From positions 35,263 through 99,262 of the forward strand of contig DFGE01000022.1 in NCBI GenBank assembly GCA_002371675.1: a DNA stretch of 64,000 bases, in the 5' to 3' direction. Positions 25,362 through 33,500 of this stretch are shown in pieces. The position numbers and the translations under genes were made by a program. Position 1 is the stretch's first letter, and each line of letters begins with the position of its first letter. Below the pieces are notes generated by a model. That model did not search any database. It saw only the letters and a program-made list of their open reading frames with translations, and was not told where the DNA came from. Source of the stretch: Clostridiales bacterium UBA3758. GTDB taxonomy: Bacteria > Bacillota > Clostridia > Oscillospirales > Oscillospiraceae.

Positions 25362-25410
25362 GAAAAAAGCCCCTCCCGGCTCCGTGAATGGAACCGAGAG
25401 GGGCTTTTTT
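25362..25410. terminator. bidirectional rho-independent terminator between convergent operons
   Basis: aaaaaagcccctc...gaggggctttttt: an A-run before and a T-run after a GC stem, between the 24939-25286 (+) and 25410-25802 (-) genes. Confidence 0.65.
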
Positions 25411-25802
25411 CACTTGTTGTCGTTGATCTGTCTGATAAGGGCCTCGCCTGCGCCGTGGATGATAGCAATGATGTCCACGCCTGCCGCTTCAAGCAGCGTC
25501 TTAGTAGGTTCGGACAGCTTTTCCATAGCGCCACGTTCAAGCATAAGACCGAGGGCTGCAATATCGTCCTTGCCGAGCTTGCCGTCTTCGGCGGCGGCTT
25601 TCATGCCGTCGACAAGGGTCTGCTGCAGCTCCATAACGGTGATCTGGGCGGCATTGATAACCTCGTTGACGCCGATGGCGATAGTCTTCAGTTCCTCGCG
25701 CTTGCTGATCTTGGCGAGCAGCCACGCGCCGAAGACGCCGATCAGAGTGGTGGCCAGCGCCGCGACGATGCTGGCGATGGTTTCGATGATGACATTCTGC
25801 AT
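25410..25802 (-). CDS. holin-like protein (LL-H family-like)
   Basis: 130 aa with an N-terminal TM helix. Located just downstream of the endolysin gene. Confidence 0.55.
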   Translation of the reverse strand: MQNVIIETIASIVAALATTLIGVFGAWLLAKISKREELKTIAIGVNEVINAAQITVMELQQTLVDGMKAAAEDGKLGKDDIAALGLMLERGAMEKLSEPTKTLLEAAGVDIIAIIHGAGEALIRQINDNK

Positions 25803-25821
25803 GATATGATCCTCCTGTGTT

Positions 25822-26844
25822 TTATTTCAGCAGGGCCGTCATGGTCTTGGCGTCCACAACGCCGGTGACCTCGAGGCCGTTTGCTTTCTGGAAACTCATA
25901 ACGGCATCTTTGGTGATGGGGCCGAACTCGCCATCTGCCCGCTCGGAGCCGTTATAATAGACCCTACCGCAGCTGTAGCCACGGAGGATCAAGAGCGTTT
26001 GCACCGCTTTGACGAAGCTGCCGGTTGCCCCCTCGGAGATTTCTTCGAGGTAGATCGCATATCCGACCAGCGGCGCGGTGGTCTGCGTGGGCGTCTCTTG
26101 TGCGGGCTGCTCCTGGGCCGGAGCGCCGGAAAGGATCTCGTTCACGCGCTTCTGCACGGCGGCGGCGTCATATCCGGCGTCAGTAAGGCGCTTCGTGCGA
26201 TCCGCGCCGTTACCCCACGCCCCGGCAATGACCTCTCGCGCCAGTTCGTCCACGGTCTTCCCGCCGCTCGGCGTGGTAGGGACATTCGTGTCCGTACCAT
26301 CATCGGGGCCGTCATCGTCCCACTTCGGGCGACCGTAACCGTAGATGGAAGACTGGCCGACGCTGTAGGTGCGGCGGTAAACGCCGTCGCTGGTGTTGCC
26401 CTCGATGGTGTAGATCGTATTTCCGACCACCTTCTCAACGATGCCAGTATGGGAAACTTCCCCGGCGGCATAGGTAAAGAAGATCTGATCGGCAGGCTCG
26501 GGAACGGTCCCGGGACCGTAAAACTGGCCGTGCTGCTTGTAGTACAGGGCCGAATAATAGCAACCGGCACCGGCTGAATACTTCGGCTGGCACAACAGCT
26601 TCATAGCCGCGTCCTTACCGAAGCATTTATACAGGAGCCAGTCATACCACTGATCGCACCAGGCATATCCGTTTTTCGGCCCATTGTAGAAGTCGCCCAG
26701 CGCGTCGAGATCTCGCCCGTACTTTGTCCAGTTGCCGGAGCCGCTGTTCGCGGTCTTATCATCCAGGCTGGCGTTCGAGGCCTTCTCGTGGTAGCCGACC
26801 TCCGCCTGTGCGAGCGCGATTACTTTGTTTCTGTCGTATGCCAT
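25822..26844 (-). CDS. endolysin: CHAP peptidase + PG_binding_1 domain
   Basis: N-terminal CHAP (catalytic Cys in YAWCDQW, His in VSHTGIV), Gly/Pro/Thr linker, and a C-terminal peptidoglycan-binding repeat (DGEFGPITKDAVMSFQKANGL). Confidence 0.85.
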   Translation of the reverse strand: MAYDRNKVIALAQAEVGYHEKASNASLDDKTANSGSGNWTKYGRDLDALGDFYNGPKNGYAWCDQWYDWLLYKCFGKDAAMKLLCQPKYSAGAGCYYSALYYKQHGQFYGPGTVPEPADQIFFTYAAGEVSHTGIVEKVVGNTIYTIEGNTSDGVYRRTYSVGQSSIYGYGRPKWDDDGPDDGTDTNVPTTPSGGKTVDELAREVIAGAWGNGADRTKRLTDAGYDAAAVQKRVNEILSGAPAQEQPAQETPTQTTAPLVGYAIYLEEISEGATGSFVKAVQTLLILRGYSCGRVYYNGSERADGEFGPITKDAVMSFQKANGLEVTGVVDAKTMTALLK

Positions 26845-26858
26845 AAAGCCATCCCTTT

Positions 26859-27134
26859 CTAAAGCTGGTCGTGCGCTTTCTGGTTCAGGTATTTCTCGAA
26901 TTTCGTGATAGCTTCGTCCACAGGGCCGTCGCAGCCCTGCTCATGCAGACCTTTGAGACAGGCGAGAACGCCATAGGTCAGCATGGTGTTGTCGGCCTTG
27001 ATGGACTTGATATCCTTGTCCTGCTGTTCCTGCTTGAGGTACCAGTTGTGCGCCTTGTTGTAGTAGCCGAACAAGGCAAAGAGCGCCGCAAGGACAGCCG
27101 CCACGGTGATGATGCTTTGGGGTGTAACAGTCAT
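26859..27134 (-). CDS. putative holin
   Basis: 91 aa with one N-terminal TM helix. Immediately upstream of the endolysin gene. Confidence 0.5.
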   Translation of the reverse strand: MTVTPQSIITVAAVLAALFALFGYYNKAHNWYLKQEQQDKDIKSIKADNTMLTYGVLACLKGLHEQGCDGPVDEAITKFEKYLNQKAHDQL

Positions 27135-27280
27135 TTATTTACTTCCTCCTGAGAATGTGATTTAGGGCTGCGTCAGATGATCTTTTTCACGATCCTCACC
27201 TCCGAAAAAAAGAAAGCCCATGGCCGGAGCCGTGGACTTCTACGTCTGCAACAAAAAAGGAGCTGCCGAAGCAGCCCCTT

Positions 27281-27469
27281 TCATAGATCGTCGGGCACCT
27301 CGCCCGCGCCGAGTATTTCTCTGTATCGCTCGCCTGCGGATCTCACCGCTTCCCGCTCGGCTTCGGACAGGCTTCTTTCCCGTTCAAGCGCTGTGGCGAG
27401 GTCGCGGATGATGCCCGACTGTTGCTCCACCAAACAGCAGAGCGCCTCTATCAGTTGCAGATTTGACAC
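27281..27469 (-). CDS. hypothetical helical protein
   Basis: GTG at 27469 has RBS ggagggg at 6 nt. The track start at 27484 is TTG without an RBS. A terminator follows. Confidence 0.35.
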   Translation of the reverse strand: MSNLQLIEALCCLVEQQSGIIRDLATALERERSLSEAEREAVRSAGERYREILGAGEVPDDL

Positions 27470-27564
27470 GGTGCACCCCTCCAATCCCCGCGATTATATC
27501 GCAAAGCGGAAGGGCACAGCTGCATATCGTGAGGATATAACGCAAAGCGTTATTCCGTCACTCC

Positions 27565-27819
27565 TTACTCTGCCGGATTCGCAGCCGTCAGCCACGGCTT
27601 TTTGTAGCACTTGTTCTCGATCGGCACACAATCGCTGCTGATCAGGATCGCACCGTGCTCCGGCATTTCGGAAACTGCCGCCGAGGAAAGCACCTCGTGG
27701 TACTTGCTCTCGCCCTTGAGCCTGGCCTTGTCCTGATCTTCGTCATACGCATAGTGGATCAGATGGCCATACTCGCCCTGGGCGTTCTTCTGGATCTCGA
27801 CAACGTAATACTGATACAT
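27565..27819 (-). CDS. hypothetical phage protein
   Basis: 84 aa, between the DGR and the lysis cassette. Confidence 0.45.
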   Translation of the reverse strand: MYQYYVVEIQKNAQGEYGHLIHYAYDEDQDKARLKGESKYHEVLSSAAVSEMPEHGAILISSDCVPIENKCYKKPWLTAANPAE

Positions 27820-27840
27820 GGTTCTTTCCTCCTGAATGAT

Positions 27841-28401
27841 TTATTCCTCATGCTGCGCCTGCAGGGCGGTCAGCAATTCGGCAAGGTTGGTTTCCGTGCA
27901 GTTGATACCGGGCCGCACGGTTTCGCCCGTCACGATCACCTGATTGGCAATGTACACCCGCGAGCCGTCCGTGATGATCTCCCCGGTCTGATAGGCTCTG
28001 TCAGCGGTGAAAGGCTGCGCTTCGGTCTTCACCAGCCGGGTAAGCTCGGCAACGCGCTCCGTGAGCTGCGCCCTGGTCAAGACTTCCTCTTCCGGGGTGC
28101 CGTCCGGGATCTCCGGGTTTTCATCCTCTGGATCGGGCAGCGTGCCGATTTCGCCGAGCGCTTCCTCATACTCCGCCTGGGTAACAAGAACGGCGCTGAG
28201 ATCAGTCTCAACGCCGTGCAGCTGCTTACCGGGCAGAAGGAAAACCGTCTCGCCGTCCTTGTCGGAAACGATAGCTTCGGCCTCCTCCTTCGAGCAGAGA
28301 ATAATCATGTTGTTCCTCTCCTGCCATTTGACAAAGGCAGGATCAGGGGAGTATTCGACGCCGATCAGCGTTCCGCCCCTATACACTTTGAAGTATTCCA
28401 T
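27841..28401 (-). CDS. hypothetical phage protein
   Basis: 186 aa with RBS gaggagggg. The start overlaps the RT 3' end by 23 nt. Confidence 0.5.
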   Translation of the reverse strand: MEYFKVYRGGTLIGVEYSPDPAFVKWQERNNMIILCSKEEAEAIVSDKDGETVFLLPGKQLHGVETDLSAVLVTQAEYEEALGEIGTLPDPEDENPEIPDGTPEEEVLTRAQLTERVAELTRLVKTEAQPFTADRAYQTGEIITDGSRVYIANQVIVTGETVRPGINCTETNLAELLTALQAQHEE

Positions 28402-29533
28402 TGTACCCCTCCTCGTTCATGTTGGAAATAAATAGACTGTTATAGAGCTTCCCCATGCTCTGGATGGTTCGCCATGCGTGGAATCGCTCTGCATAGCTTT
28501 TCCAACTCTGCCAGGTGGCCCGGACGTCCTCAAAGGTCATCCGGCCCTGGCTGAATTTGACGGCGAGCTTTTTCAGCTTACGCCGCATCACGGTAACGCT
28601 GCGCTTATAGATCTTCTTGACCACCTTCCCGGTGGGCGTGAGATAGATCCTCGCTTTGAGCCAGCAGAAGCCCCGGCTGATCTTGACGATCTGCGTTTTC
28701 TTCTCGTTCAGGACGATCCCCAGCTCATTGCATACCGCCCGGATCTTTACCAGACACTCCTGCAGGTATTGCTTTGACGGGTGGATCAGGTACCCATCAT
28801 CCATATACCGACCGTAGCCGCGAATCCGCAGCATTTCTTTGATGTAGTGATCGAGCCGGTTTGCAGATACCAGCGCGAGAACCTGGCTGATCTGGCTTCC
28901 GAGGCCCAGCCCGACCGGGCCGAACATATCAATGAAATGCTCGGTCAGGCCGAGGAGCCGTTGATCGGTGAACTCCCGGCGCAGCTGCGCCTTTATCACG
29001 CCATGGTCGACATTATCGAAGAACTTCGAGAAATCAAAGAGCAGCACATAGCCCTCGTTCCCGTGCTTGTGGAAATGCTCCCGCAAGTGCAGGGTGAGCC
29101 TGTTCAGGGCGAAATCATAGCCCTTATTCTTCATAGAAGCACCGTTATCATAGATCAGGGTGCGCTCCATCATCGGAACAAGGGCATTGTCGCAGAGGCA
29201 GCGCTGGACAACCCGCTCCCCGATGATGGTACTGCGGATATGTCTGGCCTTGCCTCTCTCGTATAGGTCGAACTCAAAGAATCCGGGGCTTTTGTACTTC
29301 CCACTGTGGAGCTGCGTATAGGTACGCAGCACATTCAGCGGCGCGTTCGCCACGTACTTTTGGACGCTGGCTTTCCACGCCACACCGCGCCGACAGCAGC
29401 GGTAAGACTGATAGAGGTTTGTATAGCTGAACACCCTGTCAAAACTGTCGGCGCTTGCGTATCTCTCTTTTTTCTTCTGGCGCATGGTCACGCGGCGGCG
29501 GTACCGCGCCTCTCGTCTTTCTTCGCTGGTCAT
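28379..29533 (-). CDS. DGR reverse transcriptase
   Basis: 384 aa with the RT catalytic YMDD and the DGR-typical (I/L)GxxxSQ motif (LGSQISQ). Adjacent TR and avd-like gene. Confidence 0.92.
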   Translation of the reverse strand: MTSEERREARYRRRVTMRQKKKERYASADSFDRVFSYTNLYQSYRCCRRGVAWKASVQKYVANAPLNVLRTYTQLHSGKYKSPGFFEFDLYERGKARHIRSTIIGERVVQRCLCDNALVPMMERTLIYDNGASMKNKGYDFALNRLTLHLREHFHKHGNEGYVLLFDFSKFFDNVDHGVIKAQLRREFTDQRLLGLTEHFIDMFGPVGLGLGSQISQVLALVSANRLDHYIKEMLRIRGYGRYMDDGYLIHPSKQYLQECLVKIRAVCNELGIVLNEKKTQIVKISRGFCWLKARIYLTPTGKVVKKIYKRSVTVMRRKLKKLAVKFSQGRMTFEDVRATWQSWKSYAERFHAWRTIQSMGKLYNSLFISNMNEEGYNGILQSV

Positions 29534-29771
29534 TTCAATCTCCCCAGGTTCCCCCGCGCCGCTGCCGGATGGTTACCTATAGCGGTATAGGGCGGCGGTC
29601 TCTCGACCGTTTGTCATGGCATGAAACGGCGCATCACCATCAAGCGCCGCCATGCAAGCAGCGTCCGCCATGGCCCGTCGGGGTAAATATTTTCCTTGCG
29701 GAAGGTCAAGCTCTCCTTCTCTCTTCTCCAAACGGATTTCGCCCAACGGTTACTTTGTCAGTCAGAGAGGA

Positions 29772-29893
29772 GCCGAACGCGACCCCATTAGAGTTGGACG
29801 CGTTGTTGTTGTTCGAGTTGCCGTTGTTGTTCACATTCATGAAGTTGGTGGAAGAGGACGAAACGGGAGAGCGGAGCCACCAGTTCGCCGCAG
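29772..29893 (-). repeat. DGR template repeat (TR)
   Basis: 122 nt matching VR. Rich in AAC/AAT codons. All 11 substitutions relative to VR are at TR adenines on the coding strand. Confidence 0.9.
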
Positions 29894-29942
29894 CCATCGA
29901 ACTCAACGGGACACGAATCGTACAGTGCTTAACCCGTGCTGA

Positions 29943-30347
29943 TTATGGCAGATCCTTGTACCTCGCCCGGTCGTTCTTCATGACGGCCTTGACAAGGCGG
30001 ATTTCAGCATCTACCATCTCCATCCAGAATTTGAGGGTGTCCATCTCGATCCCGAAAAGCTCCTGTGCAAGTTCGAGCTGGGAAATCATGTTCTGCAGCT
30101 CGGCATGGGCCTGTAGGAAGTAGTCACGCCGCATCTGGACTTCGTGCTGGTTCAGGGGATAGATTGAATTGCCGCGCTTCACATTTTCATATATCCGCCC
30201 TGCGGTATTCCCCAAAGGCTGGGACACATAGAACGTGTACCGCTTCGGGAAATTCACGCACTTTTTGACGGTATATATTTGGAGCTTCCGGGCGGTCGCC
30301 AGGAACTCCATATCCGATGTGCTGCGCTTGCTCTTGATTACGGACAA
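29943..30347 (-). CDS. avd: DGR accessory variability determinant (Avd-like four-helix-bundle protein)
   Basis: 134 aa, basic and helical. TTG start with RBS gaggtga. Positioned between VR and TR as in the Bordetella BPP-1 cassette. Confidence 0.7.
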   Translation of the reverse strand: MSVIKSKRSTSDMEFLATARKLQIYTVKKCVNFPKRYTFYVSQPLGNTAGRIYENVKRGNSIYPLNQHEVQMRRDYFLQAHAELQNMISQLELAQELFGIEMDTLKFWMEMVDAEIRLVKAVMKNDRARYKDLP

Positions 30348-30440
30348 GGGCGCTCACCTCGGCGGCATTATAACGCCCCGCCGGAGCCTGCACCTGTATT
30401 TGTGAGAAAATAACGGATTCCGTTATTCTCAAAAATCGCG

Positions 30441-30465
30441 AAAAAAATTCGCCGCTTCGCGGCGA
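30441..30465 (-). terminator. rho-independent terminator after the DGR target gene
   Basis: tcgccgc-gaa-gcggcga followed by a T7 run on the minus strand. Confidence 0.6.
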
Positions 30466-30487
30466 GGAATATTTGGTGGTGTTCCCC

Positions 30488-30517
30488 GTATCTGACCCCA
30501 CAAAGGGGGTCAGATAC
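30488..30517 (-). promoter_or_regulatory. GC-rich hairpin/cruciform downstream of VR (candidate DGR target-recognition element)
   Basis: Perfect 12-bp stem gtatctgacccc/ggggtcagatac with a 6-nt loop, 17 nt past the target stop codon. Absent downstream of TR. Confidence 0.6.
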
Positions 30518-30533
30518 TAAGGGGATGCATGGA

Positions 30534-33500
30534 TTAAATACAGAAGCCGAACGCGACCCCATAAGAGTTGGACGCGGAGTAGTTGTTGGACGAGCCGCCG
30601 CCGTAGTTGTTCACAATCATGAAGTAGGTGGAAGAGGACGAAACGGGAGAGCGGAGCCACCAGCCCGCCGCAGAGCCGGTACCGTTGTAATATTTCCTGA
30701 TACGGTTGGCATTGCTGGAGAAGTTGGCAAAGGAGCGCCGCTCCGCGCTGGCGTCCACCTCATCCACATACGGCGTCTCGGAGGTGTTGAAGCCGACCTC
30801 GGCCTGAGACAGCAGGAACAGGTTGTCCTCGCTGGTGCTGATATCCGCTTTCGTCTGGCCGATGGAGGACATGACCTTGACCTTGCGGATCATGGACTTC
30901 CACTGCTGCGGCAGAGCCTTGAAGATGGTGTTGTTCAGCCAGTTCCGCATATTCGAGGAAGCCCAGCCTCCGGCGTTGGTATTGCTGCCGTTCATATTGT
31001 GACCGGCGTTCATCAGGCCCACCATGTGGAACACCACCGAGGCAAACTCGTTATTGTCCACCCGGCGGAAGTGATTGAAGCCTACGACCTGGAGGATGAT
31101 GGTGCTGTCGGCAAAGACCGTCGTATTTGGAACGATCTTCACCTTGTCGCCGACGCTGAAATAGGTCTTTGCATAGCCGCTGTCGATGATGCCGTAGAAC
31201 TCGTTCAGCGTGTAGGCGCTGTCATCTTCGGGATCGTCGGAATACAGGTAGGTGTGACCGCTGGCCACACCTGCTGGCATGGTCGGGTGAATGTAACGCG
31301 GCATGACCTGCATATCGGAAACGACGTCCGAAGTGTCCTGCTGCCAGCCGCCCCAGATGTCGCCGTCTACTGCTGGGAGATCTTCGCCGGTGTATCGTGC
31401 GGTGCCATGCGCCGCGACCGTGTAGGTCTGCCCGGAGATGGGCGTCCCCTCATGATCGCAGAACGTGACAGTGTAATACTGGTCATACTCGGAGTAGATC
31501 GCCGTGACGGTCGTGTTTTCGGTGATGTTGTCCAGGGACTTGTTCCAGCCGTAGAACACCCAGTATTTCTCTGCCGTGGCCGCTCTCGTCGGCGCTTCGA
31601 TCAGGCCGTTCCGCACAGGATCAAGAACAGAGCCGCCGCTCTCACTGGTCTCTACGATCAGCGTGGTGCCGTCGTAGTCCTGGAAGGTGACGGTGTATTC
31701 CGCGAGGGCCTCGCCATAGGTGAAGGTCACGGTCGGGATCTTTGCACGGATATCGTTGTACTTCGTCATGCCGATGCCGGTGAAGTAAACCTCGCCGGTC
31801 AGCACGCCGTGGGCGACGTCATACCCATCATCGTCGATGCCGTGGGCATTGTAGAGCCGGATCAAAGTATCATAGGCCACGAAGCCTACCGACCAGTCGA
31901 TTTCCAGAAGCCGGACGCGGGCGATATTCACAGCCCCGCTGGCAATTGCGTAGGTGTCGATCAGCGGGCAATCCTCGATCACGAGCGCGGTCAGGGCCGC
32001 CATGCTCTCCATGCTGAATGTCTCGAGTTGGCGCAGGCCGCGCATATCCAGCGAGGCGACGCCGTTGATCTGCACATTCCGCAGCCGACCGTTCTTTGCA
32101 AAGGTGATACCGGTCACGCCGGAGCCCTTGGTATAGAGAGTCTGCAAATAGATGTTCGGTGAGAAGTCAAAGGCTCTCTTGGCGTTCACAAGACCGCCAA
32201 GGTTCAGTTCGGACAGGCGCTTGCAGTTGTCGAAGGTCGCCTGCGTGAAGTTGGTGTTGTAGTACCCGGCCACAGAGGAACCGATCAGGAGCCGCCGTGC
32301 GCGTTTCAGGTTGCTCGCCTCGAACTGGCCGAGGTACAGGCCGGACATATCGCCGAAGTCCTGAATCCACGGCGCGTGCCGGAAATAGATCTCGGTATTG
32401 TTCAGAGAGGCGGAGATGTCCACCGTCACCGGCACACCAGCGGTCGCCCTCGCCCGGTAGGCGTTGGAACCGGCGAGGATGTTGATGTACATATTGGTGT
32501 AGGTGGTCACCTGCAGAATGCCGCTCGGCTGCACCCCGGCCCAATCGTCAGGCGTGTACCCACGGAAAGCCGTGGATTCCGCCGTGGCCGCCGTCGCGAT
32601 ATAGTAGCTGTCCACCAGCACCTTCTGGAACATCAGGGCTTTCATGATATGCAGGCGCAGCCGCCCGGTGGCTCTCTGGAGGTAGGCGGTCGTGCCGAGA
32701 TTCTGCATGGTGCGGATGGCGTTATGCTGGGCGTCCTCGATCCACAGCGCTTCACAGATGGCCTCCTGGCTCTCCTTGCAGAAAGCATAGAAGGCGTCGA
32801 TGTTCCACGCGCCCGCGCTCTCGCGGCTGAGATAGTTCGCCAGAAGCTCGGCTTCGTTGCACTCGCGAAGGGTAGTCCACAGGGCATTGTCGGCGGCGTT
32901 GAACACATAGCCGGTGCCGAGGGTATCGAAGTCCATGTACCCCGGCTCAATGTCGATGTAGCCGTCGTTGTTCCGGCAGAGGCCGGTATCATTGTCCCAG
33001 TTGAACCAGAGACCCCACTTTCCCGCGCTGTTCCGGGACCAGAACATATTCTTCGCCCGGTTATCACGGAGCAGATAGAACAGCGTAATATTGTAGTGGA
33101 AATACAGGGTGTCCATGTCGAAGATCGCCGGGGCCTCATTCAGCCACCGCGCCTTACGATAGGCGGCGTTATCGACCGTAAACACCTGTCCGTTTACTGT
33201 CCTGGACGGATTCAGGGCCGTATTCGGAGCAGCTGCAACGTCCGTCTCATAAAGGAAGGTCTGCACCTCCTGCCAAGCTGCGATAGCCTGCGCCTCGGTG
33301 AGCGCGTCCTCATTCAGATAGCGGAACTCATAGTTGTTGCCCCAATTGTCGCCGGTCAGATCGTCGCTCTTGAAGCGCACCTGGGGATTCGCGTTGTTCT
33401 TGACCTCAATGACGATATCGTCATAATCAAAGACTTCCTCGGCGTCCTTGTTGGAGCAGAGGTTACCGAGGCCGAAGAACACCGTTTCGTCCGGCTGTAC

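Noticed and set aside
29706-29906. 66-aa ORF (…AANWWLRSPVSSSSTNFMNVNNNGNSNNNN…) in the track.
   Set aside because: This is the DGR template repeat read as protein. Its Asn-rich composition reflects AAC codons of TR, and it has no RBS. It is annotated as a repeat, not a CDS.
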